A stretch of DNA of 64,000 nt, taken from IMG/VR virus record IMGVR_UViG_3300028376_000003, positions 77,528-141,527 of that record. One strand, given 5' to 3'. Below are positions 20,526 to 29,679 of the stretch, piece after piece; position 1 is the stretch's first letter, and the number at the start of each line of letters is the position of its first letter. A program made the position numbers and the translations under genes. This DNA is from a virus. The notes below the pieces were generated by a model. The model saw only the letters and a list, made by a program, of their open reading frames with translations. It searched no databases and was not told the origin of the DNA.

Positions 20526-20641
20526 TATAATTTATTTATTTACTTATATATTAAATATTTACATAGTAAACAGATACAAATGTTAAAGTATCCTTTTTAT
20601 ATAAACTTTTCCATAGGTATGTATATATTAATAAAGAAACT

Positions 20642-21313
20642 ATGGTAGAGTTATTACATTTTGATATAGAAACCACAAGTGAGTATGAAAACTTCGAATC
20701 ATTTAAGGAAAACGATGAGAGGGGATCAGCTTTATTTGAAGCCAAATGCAAAAAAATGAATTGGATAGAAAAGTGTGGGAGTATAGAGCAAGCATACATT
20801 GAAAATGGTGGGATAATATCAACATATGGTAAGATAATATGTATATCATTTGGATTTACCGTTAACGGAGAAAAAAGAATAAAATCGTTATACTCTGATA
20901 ATGAAAAGGATTTAGTCAATAAGTTCAATGAATCTCTAAAATACATAGAAAAAAAAGCTTTTCATTTATGTGGATTCAGGATAAAACATTTTGATATTCC
21001 TTGGATATTACACAAATTACATAAATATGGTATAGAGCCAGTTGATATGATATATGTATATGATAAGAAACCATGGGAGATGAGAGTAGCTGATATGTCT
21101 GATGATTGGAAAACTGGTTACTTATTATCACATACCTTTGATGAAATGTGTTATGAATTAGGTGTGGAATCCCCTAAGAATGAACTAGATGGTTCTAAAG
21201 TCCATAAAGCATACTGGTCTGGTAATTTAGATTCAGTTGTAAAATACTGCGAATCAGATGTTTCATCATCAATTGATGCTGGGATTAAACTATATAAACA
21301 TTATAAACATTAG
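20642..21313 (+). CDS. 3'-5' exonuclease (DnaQ/PolB-exo-like)
   Basis: FDIET, FDIPWI, YCESDV motifs. Confidence 0.85.
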   Translation: MVELLHFDIETTSEYENFESFKENDERGSALFEAKCKKMNWIEKCGSIEQAYIENGGIISTYGKIICISFGFTVNGEKRIKSLYSDNEKDLVNKFNESLKYIEKKAFHLCGFRIKHFDIPWILHKLHKYGIEPVDMIYVYDKKPWEMRVADMSDDWKTGYLLSHTFDEMCYELGVESPKNELDGSKVHKAYWSGNLDSVVKYCESDVSSSIDAGIKLYKHYKH

Positions 21314-21315
21314 AT

Positions 21316-21756
21316 ATGGGAGAAAAAATCACAAAAGGAGATTTATTTTTATTTACATCACATTATGATAATGGTCGTTCAGTCCATTACTATGGTTCAC
21401 TTGTAGAAATAATTGGTATTGCAAGTAATAGCATAATGATGGTAACTGGTGAAGGAGATTTAAACACTAAAGAGAAATTGCTTATAAGAATAATAAAGGA
21501 TAGTAACTTTAAAGACATTGATTCTAGTAAATTTTCTAAAACGCTTGTAAAAGATTTAAAAATTAAATTTAAATTTAATCTAGAAAATGATACCATTGAA
21601 GCAGATTCACATGATGTGCACAAGATAAATATAGACTATGGATTAGTTGAAATTGATAAAAAAATAGATAGGCTTTTAAAAGAGAAAACTCTTTACAATG
21701 ACTTTCATATCAGGACAAGAAAGCTAAGGAAATTATTAGATGATTCTAATGACTAG
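21316..21756 (+). CDS. Hypothetical protein
   Basis: C-terminal RTRKLRKLL tag. Confidence 0.55.
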   Translation: MGEKITKGDLFLFTSHYDNGRSVHYYGSLVEIIGIASNSIMMVTGEGDLNTKEKLLIRIIKDSNFKDIDSSKFSKTLVKDLKIKFKFNLENDTIEADSHDVHKINIDYGLVEIDKKIDRLLKEKTLYNDFHIRTRKLRKLLDDSND

Positions 21757-22304
21757 TTATTCTCAAATGGACTTATCTTAGAATCTATCAAAGACATCAA
21801 TTCATTGTGTGTTTGTGATAGATTCCTTGATACTAAACCATCTAAAATAAATCTAGTTTCTGTCACATACTTGCTGACAAATTTATCACTACCTTGTTCT
21901 AAATCTGAGCAATTGTGTAATCTATCAGCTAACTTTATAACAAGAGCATAACTAGTCATATTTAGCATTTTATCTAATAAATACTCTGATTTACCTACCT
22001 TCTCTATTTTGTTATTATCAGATGTAAGTTCTTCTACTATACTACTGACCATTTTTCCAAACTCTTCTTCTATATTACTAATAGTAACATCACAATCTTC
22101 AACAGTGTCGTGAAGTAATGCCGCAATACAAATTAGCTCCTTATTTTTACTCACCTTGACCTCCCTAACTATTTTGCTTACTGCAATTGGGTGCCATGCA
22201 TATTCTTTGCCAGAAAATTTTCTAAACTGTCCATCGTGTGCCTCTATCATAAATAATAGAGCCTTTCTTAGCTTTGTTTCTTTTTTAGTTTTCATAGTTG
22301 TCAT
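21753..22304 (-). CDS. HD-domain (p)ppGpp hydrolase-like protein (SpoT-HD/Mesh1 family)
   Basis: AHDGQFRK..EY..HP, AALLHDTVED, IKLADRLHN. Confidence 0.85.
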   Translation of the reverse strand: MTTMKTKKETKLRKALLFMIEAHDGQFRKFSGKEYAWHPIAVSKIVREVKVSKNKELICIAALLHDTVEDCDVTISNIEEEFGKMVSSIVEELTSDNNKIEKVGKSEYLLDKMLNMTSYALVIKLADRLHNCSDLEQGSDKFVSKYVTETRFILDGLVSRNLSQTHNELMSLIDSKISPFENN

Positions 22305-22391
22305 ATATATTAAACAAATATAACCTTTTTATTTGATATATACAACAGGGGAGATATATACTTTTATATATATAATAAAATATAAAAAATC

Positions 22392-22550
22392 ATGGGTACA
22401 AAGAATAAAATGTTTTCATTTAGAATACCACCAAAATTATTAGAAGAATATCACGAAATGTGTGATGAGAACTCAATAAACATATCAAAAAGGATTAGAA
22501 AGTTCATTGAGCGTGATTTAGAAGGATGGAGAAATAAGAAAAAGGAATAA
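22392..22550 (+). CDS. Ribbon-helix-helix DNA-binding protein (52 aa)
   Basis: MGTKNKMFSFRIPPKLLEEYHEMCDENSINISKRIRKFIE; below the ORF-track cutoff. Confidence 0.65.
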   Translation: MGTKNKMFSFRIPPKLLEEYHEMCDENSINISKRIRKFIERDLEGWRNKKKE

Positions 22551-22660
22551 ATTTAATAAAATATTTCATAAATACTTTAATAATTCGAAATATATTCAGT
22601 ATGTTTGTATCATATAATTTACTACAGATAATAGTATTATGAACAAACAAAGAAGTTATT

Positions 22661-24238
22661 ATGAAAAATCTTAAAAAATGGTTTAGAAATTTATCAATTA
22701 CTAACCTTGCTCACTACTACTGGCTAAAAATAAGAGAAGAATCAAAAGATAGACATGGTGAAAAATTATGTTATTGTGGACACACTAATAAATGTAGTTG
22801 TGATGACCCAGATAAACAAACTTTTAAAGATTCTGTAAAAAGAGGAACTATAATTATATTTGATAAAAAGAACGGTTGGAAAACTTCCAAAAAATAAATG
22901 TAATAAATATAAAACTATGGAATCTAATAAAAAAGAAACTAATGGGATATTGTCAGTAGTTCTAAATGTTTTCCTAGTAGCTACAGAAAATAGGCTAATA
23001 AGCTTCGCTATCAAAAATAAAGAATTAAGCCCTGAGCAGACTAGTTATATAGAGTCTGAATACGGCAAAATAGAATCTATCGAAGATGGTAGTAGTGGGT
23101 TCACTAAAACTGTTATATACATTTAATAAAATGAACTATGTTAATTAGAAAAATGTATACCTTGTACATAAATACAACACTTAGAACTGCATACTTTGGT
23201 AATCTAAAGTTTGGATGTAGAATAGGTGGTGCAAAGTTTGGTAAAGTAATTGATTGTAATTTATCTGATTTGAAACACAACCTAAGAATACTAGCAGAAG
23301 AAAATTATTTAATTAATAAACGCACGTATTAAAATGAAAATAACAAAAGGAACATTCAAATATACTGGTATTAACGATATAGATATTGACTTAGTCACAG
23401 ACAAGTGGAATCATTTATGGATGCTTGCTGAGTGGAAAGTAGACAATTCTTGGAAAATAGTCAAATATATTAGAAAAGACTCTCAAAATACCGAGATAAA
23501 GCTAACGATATCATGTGAACAAGCAACTGAACTTATTAAAAACCTTGGCTTAATTAATATTAATACTGGGTTTCAAAGTGGTTACTCTTGGAGGACTAAA
23601 AAGGATATGGTGTATTTAGAGAACTGGAGATTGGCAAGACATAAGAAATTACAGACCAAATTAATAACAAACAACTTTTAAATTATGAAAGATACATTTA
23701 GATACTTCATCAGAAAGAACTTCTCTGAGATTGGCGAAATAAGCAATGAGGATATTGATGAAATCGGAATTGAATTTCACAAGTACTTGGATAGCAAATT
23801 AAATGATGACCAAAAGGCTAAAATACTACCAAAAAGTGCGATTGATGTAATAATGAATAGCGACCACCCACTTAAAACAAACGGATTTGAGCCAGCATAT
23901 ATGCTACATTTTACACAATGGACAAAGGAACAAAGTGAATCGCAAGACTAGTTAAATGTTTTTATAAATTTTTTGGCTATTAGCTTCTATATTTACACAA
24001 TAATAATAATAAAACAATGAATAAAGACAATAATTCTATTATAGATACTAATGTACCTCTTTTTAAGTATATCGAGATTAAGGATTATGACAATGATAGT
24101 GTTGTTAAGCGACTAGATGTAAGCGATAAATCCGATAGGCGTATAGATACTATCGAAAGTGGGATTGATATAAACTTAAACCATGACCAATACTATACGT
24201 TTAGTCATGATAGTGAAGTTGAATTAGAACTCATATGA
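22661..24238 (+). CDS. Cluster of six small hypothetical ORFs (22661, ~22917, 23138, 23334, 23685, 24017)
   Basis: Tandem same-strand ORFs of ~60-115 aa with A-rich starts. Confidence 0.5.
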
Positions 24239-24267
24239 AAATAAATTTAAATCTTTTTAAAAAACAC

Positions 24268-24380
24268 TTGTGAGAAACAAATATTAGTTATATATTTGCA
24301 CAGAACCTAAAATAATTTAAACTTTTAGTAAAAAAAAGAATATAAATAACCAAAGGAAGAAATAAAATTTAATATATAAT
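24268..24380 (+). promoter_or_regulatory. Stacked host-type, putative middle and putative late promoters
   Basis: TATATTTG (~24291), AACTT-N16-TATAA (~24320-24345), TTAATATATA (~24369); homologous block at 28999-29090. Confidence 0.6.
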
Positions 24381-24384
24381 AGTG

Positions 24385-24504
24385 ATGAAAAATTTAAACC
24401 TAAATACAAATAGAAACTTAACGCTCAATGTGGTGAATATTATGTTATGTAATAGACCATCTAGGGGTTCTAGTGTATTTAATAAATTTCATCTTATGAC
24501 ATAG
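24385..24504 (+). CDS. Leader peptide 3 (MKNLNLNTNRNLTLNVVNIMLCNRPSRGSSVFNKFHLMT)
   Basis: Codons 3-24 use only N,L,T,R,V,I,M,C; contains TCTAGGGGTT antiterminator segment. Confidence 0.85.
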   Translation: MKNLNLNTNRNLTLNVVNIMLCNRPSRGSSVFNKFHLMT

Positions 24505-24526
24505 TGAAATAAAAAATACAAATAAC

Positions 24527-24563
24527 TAAAACCCCTAGAAATGAAAATTCTAGGGGTTTTTTT
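24527..24563 (+). terminator. Intrinsic terminator / attenuator 3
   Basis: AAAACCCCTAGAA-loop-TTCTAGGGGTTTT plus T tract. Confidence 0.9.
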
Positions 24564-24570
24564 GTTTTAT

Positions 24571-24655
24571 GCTAGTGTGGTGGAATGGTAGACACGAGGG
24601 ATTCAAAATCCTTTAATCAGAAATGATTATATGAGTTCAAATCTCATCATTAGTA
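24571..24655 (+). tRNA. tRNA-Leu(CAA)
   Basis: aggga-TTCAAAA-tcctt; long variable arm. Confidence 0.85.
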
Positions 24656-24667
24656 CATATATTACAA

Positions 24668-24741
24668 TCCTCGTTAGCTCAGTGGTCAGAAGCTCTCGTC
24701 TGTTAAACGAAAGGTCGGTGGTTCGAATCCACCACGAGGAG
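24668..24741 (+). tRNA. tRNA-Asn(GTT)
   Basis: tcgt-CTGTTAA-acga. Confidence 0.9.
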
Positions 24742-24749
24742 CAAATAAT

Positions 24750-24831
24750 CGGCATATACCAGCCCAAGCTGATACCTTGGAGAACTGTAGTTGGTAAGTT
24801 GAAAACGTAGGTTCGAGTCCTACTGTGCCGA
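24750..24831 (+). tRNA. Non-canonical tRNA-Ile(GAT)
   Basis: Acceptor cggcata/tgtgccg, anticodon arm ccaag-CTGATAC-cttgg, normal T arm; no D arm at the usual position. Confidence 0.7.
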
Positions 24832-24845
24832 CTTTTATGACACTT

Positions 24846-24930
24846 GTCGGAGTGGTGGAATGGCAGACACGCTGGGTTTAAGCTCCAGTGGGCAGTGATG
24901 TCCGTGAGGGTTCGAGTCCCTTCTCCGATA
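24846..24930 (+). tRNA. tRNA-Leu(TAA)
   Basis: ctggg-TTTAAGC-tccag; long variable arm. Confidence 0.85.
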
Positions 24931-24939
24931 CGAATAAAT

Positions 24940-25029
24940 GCCAGTGTGGTGAAATTGGATGAAACACGCTAGTCTTAGGAACTAGTACCCAAGAGGTAAA
25001 CATTGTCGGTTCGAGTCCGACCACTGGTA
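24940..25029 (+). tRNA. tRNA-Leu(TAG)
   Basis: ctagt-CTTAGGA-actag. Confidence 0.88.
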
Positions 25030-25039
25030 CAAAATAAAT

Positions 25040-25120
25040 GCCTTAGTAGTCCCGATTGTCTTCTAAACAATTAAGGGTAATTGGAAGCTGAAAATATAGG
25101 TTCGAGTCCTATCTAGGGTA
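25040..25120 (+). tRNA. Non-canonical tRNA-Arg(TCT)
   Basis: Acceptor gccttag/ctagggt, attgt-CTTCTAA-acaat, normal T arm; no D arm at the usual position. Confidence 0.7.
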
Positions 25121-25129
25121 CAAATAAAA

Positions 25130-25203
25130 AGTTCTGTAATTCAGGGGTTCAGAATGCTTCCCTTACAAGGAAGAAGTCGTTGGTTCGAATCCAACCAGAA
25201 CTA
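25130..25203 (+). tRNA. tRNA-Val(TAC)
   Basis: cttcc-CTTACAA-ggaag. Confidence 0.9.
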
Positions 25204-25209
25204 CAAAAT

Positions 25210-25281
25210 GTACCTATGACCGAGTGATTTAGGTAGGTGGCTGCAACCCATCGTACGGGGGTTTGAATCCCTCTAGGTACT
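25210..25281 (+). tRNA. tRNA-Cys(GCA)
   Basis: ggtgg-CTGCAAC-ccatc; U discriminator. Confidence 0.85.
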
Positions 25282-25288
25282 CTAATAT

Positions 25289-25361
25289 GCTGACATAGCT
25301 CAATTGGTAGAGCATTTGATTTGTAATCAAAAGGTTGTGGGTTCGAAGCCCTCTGTCAGCT
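25289..25361 (+). tRNA. tRNA-Thr(TGT)
   Basis: tttga-TTTGTAA-tcaaa. Confidence 0.9.
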
Positions 25362-25371
25362 CTGAAAAAAT

Positions 25372-25461
25372 GCACTAGTGGCGAAGTGGATGAAACGCAT
25401 CAGACTTAAAATCTGATACCCTTTGAGGTGAACAACGTGGGTTCAAATCCCACCTGGTGTA
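25372..25461 (+). tRNA. tRNA-Leu(TAA)
   Basis: tcaga-CTTAAAA-tctga; long variable arm. Confidence 0.88.
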
Positions 25462-25465
25462 CTAA

Positions 25466-25551
25466 ATCGCTATGAACAGATGTGGTAATTGTGCTTGGCT
25501 CATATCCAAGTTAGAGAAATCTTATTGTTGGTTCAAGTCCAACTAGCGGTA
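25466..25551 (+). tRNA. tRNA-Met(CAT) (elongator or Ile2) with long variable arm
   Basis: cttgg-CTCATAT-ccaag. Confidence 0.75.
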
Positions 25552-25552
25552 C

Positions 25553-25593
25553 AAAAAAAGAGGGGATATAATTAATTATATCCCCTCTTTTTT
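25553..25593. terminator. Bidirectional terminator closing tRNA array 3
   Basis: AAAAAAGAGGGGATATA / TATATCCCCTCTTTTTT inverted repeat between convergent units. Confidence 0.85.
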
Positions 25594-25605
25594 ATATTAT
25601 TTGTT

Positions 25606-26037
25606 TTATTTATTTTTAAGACTTTCTATATCATCCCTTATCTCATCTATATCATCTAAAGATATATCATCCAAATCTTTACCAGCATCACCAGTATTAT
25701 CTGTTACTACAGGAATAACATCTTCTATCCCTTTATCTATTTCCTTAGCAATGTAATCATCCCCTGCAATACTCTCTCTTTCTATTTGTAAACAGAACTG
25801 TGCTAATACTGCTAAATCATCATTTTTCTGTGCTAAATCGAATACTTTGCTATTAAGTTCATATTTTGACATACCTCTAAATTTCTTTCTAGTATAGTAG
25901 TCATAGAAATCTTGCTCTTCTCTAGACATAACATTAGATGGTTTTCTATCAATACCAAATATCTCTGTCTTTTTAGCTTTTGCAGTTACTGCTTCGCTCA
26001 CTTTTTTATTGTTAAAGTCTTTATATTTTTTTATCAT
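25606..26037 (-). CDS. Putative head-internal protein
   Basis: MIKKYKDFNNKKVSE N-terminus; late motif upstream. Confidence 0.5.
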   Translation of the reverse strand: MIKKYKDFNNKKVSEAVTAKAKKTEIFGIDRKPSNVMSREEQDFYDYYTRKKFRGMSKYELNSKVFDLAQKNDDLAVLAQFCLQIERESIAGDDYIAKEIDKGIEDVIPVVTDNTGDAGKDLDDISLDDIDEIRDDIESLKNK

Positions 26038-26055
26038 ACTCTTATATATTAATTT

Positions 26056-26691
26056 TTATTTACCATTTATTTCTTCAAACTCTTTTTCTAAATAAAGATA
26101 AATGTATTTTTTATACCTTTTCTTAATATCATCACTCACCGCCCTTGATATTCCCATCCATAGACCAATACTTTTTAATTTAGAAAATGCATCTTTTATA
26201 TCATTTGGATTTCTTTCCATTATTAGGTCTGTTATAGATTGTGAAAAAGCCATTACCTCATCTTTATTCGAAAAATAAGCCTTTTGATCTGAAATGTTTC
26301 CTAAAAATTCAAAATTTAAATCAGCTGGTCGTCTCAAACCTTGTTTTAAATGTATATTTTCATGCTTTAATACGTGGATAGCAAAACTGATATCATTACT
26401 CTCAAGATATCTTACATTATTAGCAAGAACCAATCTAGGCTTTTTAGTAACTGGGTTTAATAAACCAAATACTTTCATACCATTTGGTGGTGCATCTTCC
26501 CTCATTTTATCAGTTGGTAATTCATCATAGAATGTTCTGTAATAAACAACCTCTATATCATTTTTTGCACCAATTCTTTGTAATTCATCAACACTAATAC
26601 TCCACTCAGCCTCGACCTCTTTTATAAACTTTTCTAAATTATCAGACTTCCAATCTATTATTGCCTCATTAAACTTTTTTAAATGTTTCAT
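26056..26691 (-). CDS. Putative head-internal protein with HExxH motif
   Basis: MKHLKKFNE N-terminus; HENIH and EVMAFS (zincin-like). Confidence 0.55.
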   Translation of the reverse strand: MKHLKKFNEAIIDWKSDNLEKFIKEVEAEWSISVDELQRIGAKNDIEVVYYRTFYDELPTDKMREDAPPNGMKVFGLLNPVTKKPRLVLANNVRYLESNDISFAIHVLKHENIHLKQGLRRPADLNFEFLGNISDQKAYFSNKDEVMAFSQSITDLIMERNPNDIKDAFSKLKSIGLWMGISRAVSDDIKKRYKKYIYLYLEKEFEEINGK

Positions 26692-26707
26692 TATTATTCT
26701 TTTTTTT

Positions 26708-28933
26708 TTAGAAATTTTCGTTTAATGGAAAATTCTTTAGATAAATTTTATCATTGGCATTATCACCAAATATTAAATATTTAGAGTCATCACCCAATAT
26801 ATATTGATTCAATACTTTATTATGAGCTTCCTCTGGGATAACATCACTAAAAAGTCTTATGTTAGTAACCTTCATATCAGATGCTAATATCTTAGGATTT
26901 TTATCAATATTATACTGAATAGGTTCTATGTCTTGTTTATTATAATACTCTTTTCTCAAAATTGTACTATTAAGCATTTTTGCATCATCTTCTATATCTA
27001 CATTTCTCTTATATATATAATTTTCAATATACCTTTGACGTTGGTTTAAATTTAGCACATAACAATACCAAGTATCTTCCTCTAATGCATCACTTTCCCC
27101 ATCATTTAACTCAAATATATATTCTTCTTCATTCATAGTAACTGTAATGCTATCATTCTTTAGACTAGACTTCCATCCTTTATTAATCCCATTGTCATAA
27201 ACGTCCATAAATTTATAAACTTCATCTTTTATGTAGTTATTTATACTAAACCAAACTTGTAATGATATGTTGTCAGATACATCAAGTATAGAATTAAAGT
27301 TCTTGTATTGAACTGCCAAACCATTATATTCTACTGTTGATAAATCATAACAATATTTAGATATTATGGTTGTTGAGTTTTCAATAAGTTCTTTATCAAC
27401 TTCAGAAAAATACTCAAGTCTAATAGGATCTCTAGATAAAGGTTGTTGTTCCTTCTTATTAGCAATTGACTTCTTATCTTGTTCTATCTCCTTTCCAAAT
27501 AGTTCATCAATAGTAGTATTCTTTGTTAACTCACTAATGCTATTAGAAATTTCTGGAATATCTGTCTGAACATTTGATTTTTGAGAATATTTTTTGAGAA
27601 TAAGTTTATAATAAACAGCCGCATTATTAAAATTTCTAAACTGTTGAGCATGGTCAACTTGATACATTCTATTAACTTGACAAAAATGTATAAAATCTTC
27701 TTTAGAAGGTCTTCTCTGGACACCAAACATTTCCTTAAATTGTTTCTTTGTTATATGTGCTTCCATTGAATCAAATAATCCTAAATCGAATATGTTCATC
27801 TTAATCTGTGAGTCTGGAAAATTATTACCATCAATAGATATTTTTAAATCTCCCTCACACACAACATTATATAATTGATATTCATTAAGTGTGTGGTCTT
27901 GACCATTGGCATCTGGATCAGTTGCATAATAAGTTACTTTATGTCCTAGTACTTGTTCAGAGTCTGTACTTAATTTTTCATATAGTTGAGTAGCTTGTGT
28001 TTGTTCATAAGGATTATATAACTGAGCCTTGTCTGTATCTGTCATTGGTTTAAATGCATCATTCTCACCTTCACAGTTGTTACCTGTTGTGTTTAAATTA
28101 TCATTCATTATATACTTACCTTCACTGTTTATATAGCCTATCTGGTTGGATTTACAACATTCTCTTATCCCAAATAGATTACTCTTTTTATAATCTTCCT
28201 TAACATTTTGAAAATCTCCTACTAAATTTATGTCTTGAAACCTAGACACTGATCCCGATTTGTTATCAATAAGATATTCTATTTCAAAGAAACGTATAGG
28301 GTTTATCCTTTTGGTTGTTATATTTTCTTTAGTCAATGGTTCCCATTCAGTCCAAGTTCTAGAGTTATCTTGTGAGAATCTATACTTTATACTTATGTCA
28401 TCTAAACTAGTTATATTAATGATTTGTATATCTTCTAATTTAAAAACTTTATATATGAAAGGTGCTTTTACTATCTTAGAATCACCTGGCTCTATATAAA
28501 ATGCTTGTTCACCATTGAATTGTATTTCTTGTCTATCTATAATACCTTCTAATTTATATTCTAGTATTCTTATACTACCTATTTCAGAAGTTCCCTTTCT
28601 CACCCATTTAATTTCAAGGTACATACTATCTAGTGTATCAACAACTGGGAAGTTGGTTATATTAATATTTAAGTCTAACCACTCAGACCATGTGTTACCA
28701 TCTCTGGAAACTCTATAATATTGTAAGAGAAATCTATCTTGTTTAAGACCTAAACTATCGTATGTAAATCTTTTGAACTTTTCCACATTATCTAACTTAT
28801 CAAAAGATAATATGTATTCATCATTGATAGAATTTAGATAAGGAGTTTCATCTTCAACACCAGTTGCCATCACGTCATATTCATCTGATATAGTTATTAT
28901 TCCTTTCTCAAAATCTGAGTTTATATTTACCAT
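26708..28933 (-). CDS. Virion protein, possibly gp14-like neck/head-closure domain with lectin-like C-terminus
   Basis: Central GHKVTYY...PSKEDFIHF..RMYQV pattern resembles T4 gp14 by eye; late motif upstream. Confidence 0.45.
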   Translation of the reverse strand: MVNINSDFEKGIITISDEYDVMATGVEDETPYLNSINDEYILSFDKLDNVEKFKRFTYDSLGLKQDRFLLQYYRVSRDGNTWSEWLDLNINITNFPVVDTLDSMYLEIKWVRKGTSEIGSIRILEYKLEGIIDRQEIQFNGEQAFYIEPGDSKIVKAPFIYKVFKLEDIQIINITSLDDISIKYRFSQDNSRTWTEWEPLTKENITTKRINPIRFFEIEYLIDNKSGSVSRFQDINLVGDFQNVKEDYKKSNLFGIRECCKSNQIGYINSEGKYIMNDNLNTTGNNCEGENDAFKPMTDTDKAQLYNPYEQTQATQLYEKLSTDSEQVLGHKVTYYATDPDANGQDHTLNEYQLYNVVCEGDLKISIDGNNFPDSQIKMNIFDLGLFDSMEAHITKKQFKEMFGVQRRPSKEDFIHFCQVNRMYQVDHAQQFRNFNNAAVYYKLILKKYSQKSNVQTDIPEISNSISELTKNTTIDELFGKEIEQDKKSIANKKEQQPLSRDPIRLEYFSEVDKELIENSTTIISKYCYDLSTVEYNGLAVQYKNFNSILDVSDNISLQVWFSINNYIKDEVYKFMDVYDNGINKGWKSSLKNDSITVTMNEEEYIFELNDGESDALEEDTWYCYVLNLNQRQRYIENYIYKRNVDIEDDAKMLNSTILRKEYYNKQDIEPIQYNIDKNPKILASDMKVTNIRLFSDVIPEEAHNKVLNQYILGDDSKYLIFGDNANDKIYLKNFPLNENF

Positions 28934-29093
28934 AACTCTATATATTAAAAAAGATTATTTTAATTTAAAAAAAACCTTGTATAAACCATTTATTTATATT
29001 ATATTTGCATAGAAATAATATAATTCTAAACTTTTATAAAAAAAAGTCTATAAATAACCATAGAGAGAAATAAAAGTTAATATATAAAACATA

Positions 29094-29198
29094 ATGAAAA
29101 ATTTAAACTTAAACATAGTAGTTAACCCTCAACCCCAAGTTGATATCGATCAGGATTCTGATACGAAAGGTGCTAACTATGTTTTAAATTTAAGTTGA
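29094..29198 (+). CDS. Leader peptide 4 (MKNLNLNIVVNPQPQVDIDQDSDTKGANYVLNLS)
   Basis: CCT CAA CCC CAA GTT GAT ATC GAT CAG GAT TCT GAT run upstream of Asp/Gln/Pro tRNAs. Confidence 0.85.
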   Translation: MKNLNLNIVVNPQPQVDIDQDSDTKGANYVLNLS

Positions 29199-29216
29199 TA
29201 TTTAAATAATAAAAAC

Positions 29217-29256
29217 AAAAACTCGGTTAGTCTTTTAGATTAACCGAGTTTTTTTT
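29217..29256 (+). terminator. Intrinsic terminator / attenuator 4
   Basis: AAAACTCGGTTAGTC-loop-GATTAACCGAGTTTT plus T tract. Confidence 0.9.
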
Positions 29257-29264
29257 GTTTATAT

Positions 29265-29337
29265 AGCTCTGAGGTCAAATGGTTAAGATGTACGTCTGTC
29301 TCACGTAACGGAGTGGGTTCGATTCCCATCAGAGCTG
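29265..29337 (+). tRNA. tRNA-Asp(GTC)
   Basis: tacgt-CTGTCTC-acgta. Confidence 0.88.
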
Positions 29338-29349
29338 CTAATATTAAAT

Positions 29350-29423
29350 TGCCCCATAGTGTAATTGGCTAACACATCTGGTTTTGGTCCAGAAGATTGC
29401 AGGTTCGAACCCTGCTGGGGTAA
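29350..29423 (+). tRNA. tRNA-Gln(TTG)
   Basis: tctgg-TTTTGGT-ccaga. Confidence 0.9.
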
Positions 29424-29432
29424 CAAGTTAAT

Positions 29433-29506
29433 CGAGAAGTGACTAAGGTTATAAGCACGGGTGCATTGGAGGCATCAGTTAGCAGGTTCGATTCCTGTCT
29501 TCTCGA
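29433..29506 (+). tRNA. tRNA-Pro(TGG)
   Basis: ggtgc-ATTGGAG-gcatc; weak D arm. Confidence 0.75.
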
Positions 29507-29518
29507 CAAATTTTTAAT

Positions 29519-29590
29519 AGTCCATTAGTGTAAAGGTTATCATTTCCGACTGTCTCTCGGAAGATAGGGGTTCGAATCCCCTATGGACTG
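29519..29590 (+). tRNA. tRNA-Asp(GTC)
   Basis: tccga-CTGTCTC-tcgga. Confidence 0.9.
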
Positions 29591-29596
29591 CAAAAA

Positions 29597-29670
29597 TGCT
29601 CTATAGTGTAATTGGTTAACACGTCTGGCTTTGGTCCAGGAGATTGTAGGTTCGAACCCTACTGGGGCAA
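29597..29670 (+). tRNA. tRNA-Gln(TTG)
   Basis: tctgg-CTTTGGT-ccagg. Confidence 0.9.
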
Positions 29671-29679
29671 CAAGTATAG

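Noticed and set aside
12045-29256. T-box riboswitches as the tRNA-array regulators
   Set aside because: No T-box consensus or long stem I seen; leaders are short ORFs with matching codons.
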